A stretch of DNA of 64,000 nt from Bugula neritina (Eukaryota > Animalia > Bryozoa). The notes under the pieces are model-generated. The model saw nothing but the letters and a program-made list of their open reading frames with translations. It had not been told where the DNA came from and did not search any database. The translations under genes and the position numbers were made by a program. The stretch covers positions 23,745,504 to 23,809,503 of the forward strand of contig OZ037765.1 in the NCBI GenBank assembly GCA_964035545.1, read 5' to 3'. This document shows, piece after piece, positions 13,701-25,917 of this stretch (positions within the stretch are counted from its first letter, which is position 1; each line of letters starts with the position of its first letter).

Positions 13701-16700
13701 ATCAACAACAAAAATTATGCATGAAATGATAGTTTTATTTTAATGTAATTACAATTCTAATTCTGTATAACTTTTCAGCACATCCTTAGGTTACCTGATA
13801 ACAATTTTGAGACAGAGAATGCATATTATGTAACTGACTACATGCTTACCCAGTCATCTGAGTTTAAAGGAATCTTCATGACATTATCTGAGCCAGTGAC
13901 ACTCTTATCGAATTGTACTACTCCACATTGAATACCGAATATGTCATCAAGGAGACCTTCATATGTCACTTGAGAACACAATGGACTCACTAAATCCACG
14001 TCTGCAGAGGAACACATTGAATTTACAAGTCAATTTATCATCCCATGTATTATATGATATATATGTTCAAAGTGGAGATAATTTTTAATAGAAATTGGTT
14101 TATATCAACACCAGACCAAATGGTTAAATCACATTATATTACATTTATGGAGTATATAAGATGAGACAAAGGTAAGGCGGGGCTTACCCCGATCCATTAG
14201 AATCACATGACCAATCTGCTTAGGCACGCCAGTAATATCGGGTCCACAATCCAACAGTGTCTGAGATAGTTGCCAAGCGCTCTAATGAATATATATAACA
14301 AAGTTTCACAAGACTACATATATATGGTTGCTACAACAACTTTAATAATATGGAAACTGATGTCTTACTTTGGCAGCTTGTCCAATAGCATAAAAGTTTG
14401 GTATCTTTCCAAATTCCTGCTGTAAGGCAACAAGAGCTGAGGCAGCAGTGTGTAGCCATGTCTCATCATGATGCTGAAGCAGAGACAAGGATATGTAGGT
14501 GGAGTCTTACTCTGATCTACTATTCTCAGTATATAATACTATTTGAATTATTTAATTCCATGCAAAAGTCTTGATGAGTTATTTGTAAAAAAGATATACA
14601 AAAAGTGAGATAATTTATTATGTACACAACTTTATGAAATAACTATTTTAAATAAAAACAACAAATAATGTTTATAAAAAACTAATGAATTTGTACAAAA
14701 TATGAATTAACTGTAATGAGTAAAGTTTAGCAGTTATTCAGAACAAAAATTCAAACAAGTATTATATTGACAATAAGAAAAGACAACTTACAAGAAAATA
14801 TGAGGAATAGAAAAAGTCAAGCTCAATGGTCAAAATATCTTTGTCAATAGGAAGAAGATTAAACGAGAGCGTTTCTATGGTAACCCATCCAAATACACCA
14901 TTTTGTTCCAGTATTTTTTCACATATGTACAACTAAAACAACAAAAGAGATATGAGCATCAGCATGATTTCTACATTACAGGATACTAAAAATGAGCATA
15001 ATCATAAGTATAAAAGTGTTAGTGTTAGATAGACACATACACTTCGTGGTACCATCACAATGGTATAGTGCCGAACTTGTCCAGCAGACTTTTCAGCTTT
15101 CATTTGCTCCACAATATACTTGATGCTGATGACTTTTGGTCTTGTGATATAAAACCTCCTGCATCAGGACCAGAACACATAATAGTAAAATTGTTGAGAA
15201 AGTAAAATTTATAAATATTCAAGGCGATCAGCTGAATTAAAATAATTAAGCCACACACCTGCTATGCAGTTTTACACTCAGAGAAACAAATAATTGTCAA
15301 TTTTAGTAAAGTAAACATGCACAGTAAACATTTCAGTAAGAGAATGGCAAATAAAGTTAGTTAAGAGACTTGATGAATGCGGCACTTTGTTTTATTGATG
15401 GTCAGATAACAGTAGGCCAATCCAGGATAAAGAAAACTGAAATAAAATGTTCACATACTCTCTATTTCCTTGAACAGGCTTTGAAGAATCAATTTTGTAT
15501 ATTTTTTCAACACCATGATCTTGCAGAAACTTGACATTTGCTATACGATCAATTGGCTTCATCAAAGTAGGATCAATAAATAAATCTTTAGCTCCATGTT
15601 TCTAAAGAAAACTTACATAGTACACATCTAACACCTTAAACTCACAAAGCACATTGGAAAATATTAATTTAATTTAATCTGAAAACTCAACTCATGGTTG
15701 TCACAGATACAGAAAAATGATTTTAAATACTTTTAGAAGAGATTACCAATTACTAAACTATTTGCCAGCACTCTTATATATCCTTAGCATAATCTGTGGA
15801 ATCCGCATAATGTGCATTAATAAAAAATAAATTGACCAATATATACAGGCAAAATATACCATAAATGAGTCAGTTTACTTCATTTAGTACACACCAGCAA
15901 CTTATGACCTAACATTGAAGTTTGCTCAAAATCAATTGAAATTTACTATGCATGGCATTTTTATGTGCTGGTTTTAACTACGCATACCAGAAAAGGCTGG
16001 GAGGGGATTCCCCAACATTAAAGCACAGGTCATTGTCATATGCACTTAATATTCTATATGTGCGGACCGTTACGAAAAAACCGTAACGGTCCGCAACCAA
16101 AACTAGCTGAATAATTAGGGAAAAAGATAGGAAATGAAGCAAAATTAAAAACAACTTTGAATATTTAGGTGTATTTATTGGTGTTTTACTAGTTTTGGCC
16201 AAAAAACCATGTTCATTACCAGCTAAATTGTGAAAAATAGCCAAAAACTGAAGATATCCAGTGTGTACTAAATTAAGTAAAATGGCCCAAATACATTTTT
16301 TTGTATAAATGATTACACTCATTAGAATATGTAAATCACAAGCTTTTTAATAAAATAGAAATTTGCTAAGAAACCTTTCCTACGTATGCAAGTTAATAAA
16401 CACTCCTAACATATAAATACTCTGCATAATAATTTAAATTTAAAATTAAAAAATGATAAATATAATTTTTTACAGGATGAAAAGTTAAGTTGCAAAGAAT
16501 TTTCAGAATACTAGACTAAAAAAACTTCTAATGAGCCCAATAAAATGTTTAATTTTAAAGTAACAATTCTAGCCCAATAATACACACAGGTTGTACAACT
16601 ACGCCTGGAGCTATAATACGAGATAAGAACTAAACTAGTTGATCACACTTACTTGCAAAGCGATTGAGCAGTGACCTAATGAAAAGACATTAATAAAATT

Positions 16701-18068
16701 TATGAACAAAACTAATGAGTAATTATGATATGTATAATGTTTAAATATTGTAAATCAGTATACTACAAGTATTTCTAATATTTTTTTAAATCGTACTACC
16801 TCACATATATAACCAATAAATATACAATACAATAAATGCAACTACAGTATACATGTTTTAAGCTAGATTTACTAGTTCATTTTAACTTATAATCATCAGA
16901 GAGAAATAAACAAAATTAATTTTCTGCATATATAAAGAGACATTAAGAATGTTAATATTTTTAGTTGTATTTTCAACATTCTTAATGTCACTTTATATAT
17001 GCAGAAAATTAATTAATGTTAAAATACAACTAAAATATTAACATATAAACATCTCAATTGCAACAGGTGATTCTACTTAAACTGTAAAAATGAAAGCATC
17101 TCTTGCACCTTGCTTTCCCCACTTGCAGGGGTGAAAATGGCCAACAGTACAGCTTCCTGTACCAACAAAGATTTCATATGCAACATAATATTATTAGCAT
17201 TGCAAGTTTCGTTTTATTTACTTGTTAACTGACTTGGCATTTACAATTGGCTTAATACTTAATAGTTAATTGCAATTGATTATGTTTTCTGTATTTTTCA
17301 ATTTCTTGTGTTCTCTTCAAGGTCAAGTCTTTTGTCAAGTATGTGTGTCTTTACATGATTGTGAAAGTTTTATGTTAAGTTCTTTATCTTTGCTGCCAAG
17401 TGAAATTCAATTTATTCAATTATTATTAGTAATACTAATAGTAATAGTAATACTAATAGAAATAATCACAATAATACTATTTTAACTCAATAAATGTAAA
17501 ACTAAATGCAAAATGAAAATGAAATAACTTAGACTTAGAGTTAGTAGGACCAGGCTACACTTATGACTTACACTTACAGAATGAGAAATTAATTATCCTA
17601 AACATATTATAATTATAATCATTTATTATAATACTACTATTTACTTTTAGTTTTACTTTCAGTTTTAGTAATATTAAACTTATTAAAAAATTATTACTAA
17701 TACTATTAGTATTACTAATAGTATAGTAAGACTAATACTATAGTATTACTTAACATTAGAAGTATAATAAAATTAAAATATCTATATTTTATATTAAATT
17801 TAGTATTATAAAATAATAATAATAATAATTATATTTAAAATATTCATATTGATAATAATTTAAATTAAATTAAATATTATTATTAATATTGCACTCATTA
17901 TTTTCGACTTGTCTGTTCTTAGAGAGAAAAAAACAAAATATATTTTTAATTTTATTGCCCATTACAGTATTTACAGCTTACTGATTCAAGGATACGTCTA
18001 AGATCATCTCTAACAAGCTTTTTTAAAGAATCCAAGTTTGGAAGTTTTCCTTCTACGGAAGCCGCCAT
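8464..18068 (-). CDS. VPS33B: Vacuolar protein sorting 33B (Sec1/Munc18 family), ~613 aa, 15 exons
   Basis: Exons 18068-17982, 15601-15459, 15158-15041, 14932-14792, 14473-14369, 14281-14188, 14001-13850, 13680-13594, 13434-13266, 12926-12760, 12518-12327, 11766-11665, 10183-10090, 9338-9219 and 8534-8464 splice into an open frame. Motifs: [80 protein letters not shown]. The N-terminus resembles VPS33B rather than VPS33A. Confidence 0.95.
10720..10749. repeat. (TA)n-rich microsatellite tail (tract starts ~10681)
   Basis: Imperfect TA dinucleotide run directly left of the hAT element. Confidence 0.8.
10750..11569. mobile_element. Non-autonomous hAT-type DNA transposon (MITE) in a VPS33B intron
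   Basis: Ends CAGGGTTAGGG ... CCCCAACCCTG. Perfect 8-bp TSD GTATATAT (10742-10749, 11570-11577). Dense subterminal AATTAC/GTAATT arrays at both ends. Confidence 0.92.
11014..11316. mobile_element. MITE nested inside the hAT element
   Basis: ~26-bp imperfect TIRs AGGGTCATTTCATGCCAAATCAGCCAA / TTGGTGAGTTGGCATGGAATGACCCT, flanked by direct repeat ATACTAT (11007-11013, 11317-11323). Confidence 0.88.
12931..13112. repeat. ~32-bp minisatellite, ~5.7 copies, intronic
   Basis: Units such as ACACAATATAATATAGTAAACCTGGGTATATT and ACACCACAATATATAGCAAACATGGGGATATT in tandem. Confidence 0.9.
15978..16392. mobile_element. Degenerate TTAA-flanked MITE (piggyBac/Kolobok-like)
   Basis: TTAA|CTACGCATACCAGAAAAGG ... 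CCTTTCCTACGTATGCAAG|TTAA, an imperfect TIR pair with TTAA on both sides. Confidence 0.55.
16914..17044. repeat. Overlapping inverted repeats (A-B-A'-B' fold-back)
   Basis: 40-bp arms at 16914-16953 and 16975-17014 (1 mismatch). 17015-17044 is the near-exact reverse complement of 16949-16980. Confidence 0.92.
17400..17890. repeat. Promoter-flanking 3/6-periodic low-complexity tract (VPS33B intron 1)
   Basis: (ANT)n-like runs such as ATTACTAATACTATTAGTATTACTAATAGT, plus TTAGACTTAGAGTTAG. Confidence 0.75.
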
Positions 18069-18309
18069 TATCTAGAAAATGAAAAAGTTGATGTGAGCAA
18101 CTGAAGTTTCAATATTTGAGGCTATTACCTTTACCGTTACATTATCTCTCGTAGGTAATCTTTTCAATATAATGAAATTATATTCTTATTAATAAGAAGA
18201 GATCATACTACAAAAGAAAAAACAAGAAAAGCCCTCCAAGAAAGAAAGAAAGCTTATTGGCTCGCAATTTAGCTTCTGTTACCGCTGTAAACAAAATGAA
18301 AATGAAAAT

Positions 18310-18870
18310 GTTGAAGTATAGCTATAACATTAACTGTATAAGTGTATAGCTAAAGTCTAAAAGTAAATAAAAAGCAGTGCAATTAGATGATTGTTATCTA
18401 TTGTTACTGTTAGGAACACTAATATTTAACGGTATTCAATTAATAACTGCTATTATATGCAAACTGTATGATTTAAATTTATAATCGCAAATAATAATTG
18501 TGTTGTTTACTAGCAGTAGTAGTAGTACTAGTACTCACTCTCAGTAGTAGTAGTAAATAATTGATTATTGATATAAATTAAAATATTCATATTCATATTG
18601 TAATATTGAAAATGGAAATATTATAATCATTAGTTATTATAATTTACATCTAGTTTTAGAATCAGTTTTACTTCAAGTTTGTTACTCAAAGTCAATATGA
18701 ATATTGCTATTAGTATAACTATAAGTATAACTTTATCAATATGAATGACTATTACTATTAGTATTACTATTAATATTAGTATTACTATTAGTAATACTAT
18801 CAGTATCACTCTGACTCTATCACTATGACCACCACCATGACTATGACTTTCACTAGCAGTATCACTATTT
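18310..18870. repeat. Promoter-flanking 3/6-periodic low-complexity tract (upstream of CCDC62 CDS)
   Basis: TACTAGCAGTAGTAGTAGTAC, TAACTATAAGTATAA, ATTACTATTAGTATTACTATT, AGTATCACTCTGACTCTAT. Confidence 0.75.
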
Positions 18871-19354
18871 TTAAAACAACTTATTTGGTACTATTGTGAA
18901 TGTTTAGTTATCAACAAGGAGTAGTTCATGAATAATCAACAAAGTTTATTTTATTGTGCACAAACCAATAGTAGACTCATTCATAATACTAATAGAGACC
19001 ACAACTATATCCATGTTACAACCCGGCCTTCTTGAAGACAATCACAGTTATTGAAAAACAAAACAGCATAATGAAATACAGTTGATTTTGATTTGTCAAA
19101 TTCAAGTTAAGCCTTTGTTCTTGTTGATCATAATCTGCTCTACGCAATGTCCTTTCTGGACCACTGCATTTTCTTTTCTCTATTTTTGCAATATATTTTT
19201 TACAGCAATGCCATATTTTATCACACCTAATTACAGCTATTTTTTGATATCGTAATTAAACATTAGCTGAACCTTTTGATCTACCTGTTACCGTGGGTCG
19301 TTATTGTAGAAAAAAAGAAATACAGAAGGTGTAATGATATTTGTCAGTTGAATT

Positions 19355-22300
19355 ATGGAACATCAAAGCAAACGACATCTACGCTCTGCCAGTCAACATT
19401 CAAAAACAGGTTTTTCCCAATGCTATTATTGTATTACTATACATATATAGGTGCATGTGGGCTTTCGTACGTAGTGTGTGTGCGTGTGCGCGCGCGTGTG
19501 TTATGATGCATAATGTACAGCTAAACATAGTTCAATATATAAATATAGCCCAATGTAAAAACATAGCGGATAGCATTGAATAAATTCAATGGTTGAACTG
19601 GTTTGAAATATCCTATTACTAGTAATTGTATGTGTGTTACACATAATCATCAAAAGCTAGACTAAAACTTTTAACCATTTATTTATTTAATGTTACATAC
19701 TTTCTTGAGCTCTTGTATAATTATTAAATTAGCTGATATTTTATAGCCGTTGTTATCTCTGATATGCCTATTATCTATTTTAGGTCCAGTTGCTCACAGC
19801 ACACCGAGTAATACTCCATCCAAGTCCCTTAGATTTTCTGATACTCTCCATGTAGCAGATGGAGGCATAGATATGCCAGATGGTGCTGCTCTGCCGCCCA
19901 CTCGTTTTATTTTCAAGAGAGATTTGTCCTCACATAGTGCTACTAACAACAATGTAATGAATTTCGACACTCTTATCATATTTAACTCTCGTTTATGGAA
20001 ATTTTGTTCTATGCAAGAAAGTACAAGTTGCTATTGTTGATTTTTGATCACTTTTCATTAGGCGCTAGGGGAAATGGAGAGAGACACAATTATAAAACAG
20101 CGAACGGAGTTACAGTTGTTGATAAATGAACTGCGAGATCGAGATAAGGAGCTGAATGAGATGGTACAGGCTCATCACACTGAAATGAAAACCTGGAAGG
20201 AAGATAGAAGTCGTACTCAGTTGTTAGAACAGAAATGTGCTAAACTCGAAAGTGAGTGACTCAGCTAGGCAATGATGAGAGAAGATTAATAATTTTAGTT
20301 TACATGGTTTTATTGCACATATTGTGGATCTAATTTCTTTTATTTCTTGTTCATTAATATATTATTGTTTGAGTTCTGTTTTTTACTTTTAGCAATAGAG
20401 TTTAGTTTGGTAAGATAGTTTGTTGTGTGTAGTGCAGCTGTATTATACTAGCGAGTGCCAGAGCTGGGTTTAAGTCATGCTGACTCTATTTCTTGAAATT
20501 CCTGGATTTGCTGAAAGCATTAAATTGATTTTCTTACATTTTTGACTTGATGGGGTTTAGTGTAATTTATTTGTTTTAGCCTTTAAACTCAAAATTGAAA
20601 TCATTTATTTATAGAAAACTATCATGAAGTTTAAACTGTATTATAGTAGTAATTATACTTTAATCTTTTGAATGAGCATTACGACTGCAACTGATTTAAT
20701 TTAATTTACTGCTGTTATTACTATTTTTGTTCAAGTCATCAAGTATTTTGGCTAGCCATTGACTTGATACAGCGACTTAACCCAGCTCAGGTAAATGATA
20801 TAGTGTGCTATAGACGTCTTCCTTAACCCATGTTTTCAATAGAAATGTGAAGTAGTTGGCTATAGTCAGCATATTTATACTGTAATCAACACTATTTGTG
20901 AGGATAAAGTACTGATTCATCTGTAGGCTAGCATTCTACATAGGAATCTAATTATGATTGCATATGATGTGTATGTGTTTATTACCTCAATCTAATCTAG
21001 TTAGCAATAGCAGTTGGTCTGAGAGCCATATAGAGATCATTGCAATGTGTATTAATAGTTGTTGATCTCAAACATGGTTTTAGGAGATCTTACTAAGCGA
21101 AATAATCAAGTTCGAGAGCTTCTTAAAAAGCTTAAACTCACGGAAACAGATGCAGTGGAATCCTCGGCAGCGTTAGAAAACACGAGACATCAGTTGCAAA
21201 GTCTTGTGGAGGAACACACTCGAACTTGTCAGCAGCTTGGTGACCTGGAGGTAACAACCGCTCAACGTGTTAAAAAGTCTCAAGTTGCTGATGCACTTAT
21301 GGAAGACAATTTAGATTTTTGTGCAATGCCGCTATGATACGCTATGGTCGTTAATTTAGGGCAAAACTGAATTATGCAACGGATATAAGGTTATGTTTTT
21401 ATCTTAGCAAATTGGGCCTTTTGGTGAAAAACTCAACATGATATCTTGAGCCTTGTAGATCTAGTTTTTTAATTTTTGATTTGCATCATCATTTAGCTTT
21501 AGTAAAGAAAATTTTGAGCACATTCAGTGCTGTTGTTTCTATTCATGAACTTTAAATAGAAACTTTTTAATTTAGAATTCAAAAACTTTTTTTCCATGGC
21601 AATGCAAGTCTAGATGCATATTTTATTCTGCTATTTATTCTCAGTTATATGACTTCAGGAGTACAACACCAAGTTGCAGGATTCTTTCAAAGACACATCA
21701 CAATCATTAGGAAATACTGAAGGGAAAGTCATGCATCTACAGAATCAGTTGGAGCTCAAGGTTGGTTGACATAAGTCTAACTTTTTTTGTAAGGGAATTA
21801 TAAGATGCTTATTTATTAAGTAAACTGAAGTTGCATATTGAATTTAGTAAATCTATATCTTTGAAACTGTGCGAAACTTCTCGATTGCCTATGCAAATTT
21901 TTTAGCTCAACATACCATTACACTAACTTCCTGTATTTTAGGAAAGAGAAGCTGTTACTACGAATAAGGAAGTAACGGATTTAGCATCTAGGCTGCAATC
22001 ACTTGAATACTCTTATAAGCAGCTTGAGAAAATCACTTTCGAAGTTAAAACATCTGCAAATGAGTGGAAAATAAAATATACTGACCTTAAACAGACTACA
22101 GATACTTTGAAAAGTAAGGTTTAGCTTGCATAAGCTAATGGTTTCAGTTGTAGTTTTTACAAGTGAAAATGATTAGTCGCTATTTGCAGCTCACTGATGA
22201 AATGCAGTTTGATCTTTAATATCTTGTTGAAAATAGTTGGAGTTTTGAGATCATATTACACCAATATATCATTGTGTCTTGCATTGCTGCAGGTGACTTT

Positions 22301-23828
22301 TGTAAGTTAGCCTGTGCTCAGTTATTGTGTTTTTACAGATGAATTAGATATAAGTAATGCCAATATGGATGAGAAAGACATTGAAATGGAAAAGCTGCGT
22401 AAACAATTGCAAGAAAGAACAGATGAACTTAGATACACAAGTAATGTGAACAGAATGTATTTGTAACACAGCTTATAAAATTATACAATATTCACTTAGA
22501 AGTTATGATGAATACACTGTACTTTTATCTAATTATAAAAACATTAAAGAAATTATAATATATTTATTTTCTTCACATCTGCCACATCAGTGCATGACTC
22601 CATATATTTTATTACTAGCATATGCTTCATGTTTTCAACATGCATTATTCTGTACATTTAATTCATCTTATATATATATACTTCACATTTTGATTTTTTT
22701 CTTCACTTGTTAGAACACTGCGATACAGCAATTTAGTGGTTTCCTGTTTTAGTTGAGAGAGAGAAGAGAAAAGATCAGATGCTGGCGTTGCAGAAGTCCA
22801 AGCAGGAAAGGACGGACACTGAACTTAGCACCCTCAGACAGATGTATGACCTCCAGCAGCATAAACTTGTGGCCAGTCGCAAGGAAGTCGCAGAGATAAA
22901 AGAAAAGAATATTAAGTACAGATGCAGTTTGAATCAGGCTGATGATAGGTTTGCTAGTTTTCCTCTTTTTTAAAAGAATTTTATTTTTCTGAAGCAAACT
23001 ATAATATTCATAGCGTTATGCAATTCGTTTTTAAAAATCAGCATTAGTTTTCAGTTTAAGATTAATTTATTGATTTTAGATGCATTTCCTTCTACAAAAT
23101 GTGTTATGCACAATTCAATACCAAGTAGAAGACAACTCTGTTTTCAACTTTAGAATTATAAACTATTTTACTTATTCTGTCACTGTATTAGATATATCTA
23201 TGGTTGTCAATGTCTGTTTGCAGTTCAATGTTTGATATTAGTGGCCAGTCATTGGAGTCATCATTGCAGAGAAGTCCATTACGTAATAGCCAATCACCTC
23301 GCAATGTACGAGCTCATTCACCTAACAGAAATTACTTATTCTACTCGCCTGAACAATCACAAAATGTACGCCTTTCCTTTTATTTTAAAAAAAAATTCTT
23401 AGATAATAATTTGACTTAATTAATCTTGCTACCACTCTGTATGAGTTGTGAGCTGAAAAATGTATTTTATTATTAAGTTCTATTTTATCATTGAGTTTTT
23501 TTAAAAATAAATTGTCTGTATTTCCTCCTTTTTTCATCTACATTGCAATAATTTTGCAGCTGACCGGTACTTCGACGGAGAGACTGCAGAAGTTATTGAG
23601 TGACTCCAAGAGACTTGTTGATACAATCACTAGCAATGAATCCAAATCACCCACACATGCTATAGCTCAGCTGGTGAGTGTGCTTGTCTATATATAGTGT
23701 ATTGTGTACTTGCTTATTAACTATTTACATTAGAATAGTGAGTTAGGAGTTAGTTACTGTTTTTAGTTGTAATACATTGTCATAAACTGTTTGTATATTT
23801 TTAGTCACTATCAGGGGAACAAAGTTGA
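19355..23828 (+). CDS. CCDC62: Coiled-coil domain-containing protein 62-like, ~477 aa, 11 exons
   Basis: Exons 19355-19409, 19784-19953, 20062-20251, 21084-21250, 21659-21760, 21942-22113, 22339-22440, 22753-22948, 23224-23365, 23560-23673 and 23805-23828 are in frame. Blocks TIIKQRTELQLLINELRDRDKELNEMV, EREKRKDQMLALQKSKQERTDTEL and TERLQKLLSDSKRLV resemble CCDC62. The first exon is less certain. Confidence 0.88.
19474..19501. repeat. Alternating purine-pyrimidine (GT/GC) tract, Z-DNA-prone
   Basis: GTGTGTGTGCGTGTGCGCGCGCGTGTGT in CCDC62 intron 1. Confidence 0.8.
20459..20790. mobile_element. Old hAT-like MITE in a CCDC62 intron
   Basis: TIRs CAGAGCTGGGTTTAAGTC / GACTTAACCCAGCTCAG, internal TTGACTTGA/TCAAGTCA motifs, and a decayed 8-bp TSD (GCGAGTGC vs GTAAATGA). 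Confidence 0.7.
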
Positions 23829-24769
23829 CGAGCTATGTACCGTGACAGCTCTGAGCTTATCAATTTTAAAGAAATAAATAAGACTTATTTTGCCATGATT
23901 TATGTTGACTTATATGTCTTATGGTTAACAATGCTAACTTATCAATGCTGCAAACTACTTTTTATTTATAGACTATAATAGTTACTTTATGGTGTGTACC
24001 AACTATTTATACATGTATATGTATCGTTTTCAATTGATACTTGATCATAGATTTTTTGTTATAGTCTAGTAATTGCGATTGATTATCTTAGTGAACCGTA
24101 GTATTTTATTCGTTATGGTTTGATTTCTTTTTTCAAAATCAATTGAGTTTATAATAACCATTGCAATGTTCAGAATTTTCTCAAATTATTTATTTTTTCA
24201 CTGCTCATTAGCTTCTTAGATGCATTCCCTTAGAGAAGTATTATTTGTTATAAACTAGTTTTAAAATTTAAAACTTTCATATCATTTTGCTGTTTTATTA
24301 TGGATATTTTGTAGATATTTTTGTGCATATATATTATATGCATGTATGTATTATTTGTGTACAGCTGATCATTATAACATGTTATTTCAATAAAAGTATC
24401 TGCGAACTTCGGATATTTCTTATTGCAAATCTAAACCATGACTAACTCTTATCTTTATGGTTGTAATCTTGAAATGATAAAAGTGATTGTCTGATATGTT
24501 GTAACATGTGATTAGTAGATGTATAACCACATTTATTTTTAACTTTTTCTGAGTGTTGAAGGCTTGACATTGAGAAGTGTTTAGTTGTTGCAAAGGCAAT
24601 TTATTGGGGTATATAAATGGGTACATAAATTTACATAGTATGATTGTAGAGGTGTTAATAGGGTGTAATAATAGTAATAATATTAATATATAAATTAATA
24701 AAATTTCCTGCATTTGCCCTAATCGTATTTTTAACATAATTCAACAGTCATTTCGAGTTATTTCCCCAT

Positions 24770-25050
24770 GAATTTTAACTACGCCCACTTTGGCTGTGTG
24801 AACGCGGCTTCGCAGACACAACGTGATCTTTAACCTTTTGCGCAAATGCGCATGTATGTTGCCCGTTGTTTTTCTCAGTCACATGCAGTAAAGAGAGCTG
24901 TTTTTTAAATTTTGGCACGGACCAGATTTCCTTAATTTTATTAATGTTTCTTAATTTCAATGAAGTTGGATTGCTTATGTTTCTCACCCCATTTAAAATT
25001 ATTTGATGCAGTGAGGTTTTTTTCAATAGTATACCTGTGTAAAACTAAAG
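24770..25050 (+). promoter_or_regulatory. Probable promoter / first non-coding exon of the RNF216-like gene
   Basis: Local CpG-rich patch (ACGCCC, GAACGCGGCTTCGC, GCGCAAATGCGCATG, NRF1-like) in CpG-poor DNA, followed by a donor-like AAA|GTAAAT at ~25050. Confidence 0.45.
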
Positions 25051-25089
25051 TAAATGTCTGGAATTGTATTTCAATTCCACAGCGTCTAG

Positions 25090-25520
25090 TTCTATGACTA
25101 GTACTACTACTAGCAGTAGTAGTAGTACAGGTACTAGTAGTACTACTGGTACTACTAGTAGTAGTACTACTGACAGTGACTACTCAAAGTCAAATTGAAA
25201 CTCATAGTCATCGTGATGGTCATACTGATCACTATGATTAGGTTTACTCCTAGTGATTAGATTTTATTGATCATTACTAAATTTTGATTAGTATTCCACT
25301 ATTTCAGTATTTCATTAGTATTACTATTTGTATTTAGTTTAAGTTTTAGCTTTATTCATCATAATTAAATGTAATTATAATGCTTATTAATATTATTATA
25401 TTTATATTAATATTATGATTGTAGTAATTATTTAATTTTATTAATGATACTATGACTTGATATTCATCTACAATACTCATGTAAGGACTAAGGTAAACTA
25501 CTGATAACATAGTTTAGTTT
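25090..25520. repeat. Promoter-flanking 3/6-periodic low-complexity tract
   Basis: Palindromic AGTACTACTACTAGCAGTAGTAGTAGTAC, ACTCAAAGTCAA, ATCACTATGA. Confidence 0.75.
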
Positions 25521-25917
25521 AGAATTTTGAGTTGACTAGGTCTAGCGTCCAGATAGTGATACAACATGAATATTCATTTTTGTAATCTTGCGTAGCCGCA
25601 TCAGTTTGTGTTGAATATACCTGTGCATATTCTAAAACCATGCGAATGAAAAAAGTAATAATACCAATATAAATATGTATTTTCATTTTGATCAGTTTCA
25701 TGACCATAAAATCTTATGGTCATGTGCATTGTGATTGTGCTTGATATTAGATAGGTAAATATTCATATTACATTGTGTATACCTTAAATTTTTAGTCTAA
25801 TTTGAACAATATCAACAATAGTTTTGCTGAGTTTTTTGTCACTTCTATTCTAATGCTTACTAGCCTGCAACTTTCAATTTTATTTAAATGTAGAACTGTT
25901 TCCGCTGATCACCTCCA

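Noticed and set aside
22293-22301. 9-nt frame-preserving microexon candidate (TGCAG|GTGACTTTT|GTAAGT) in CCDC62
   Set aside because: The downstream intron would be 37 nt, while the shortest introns seen here are ~80 nt.
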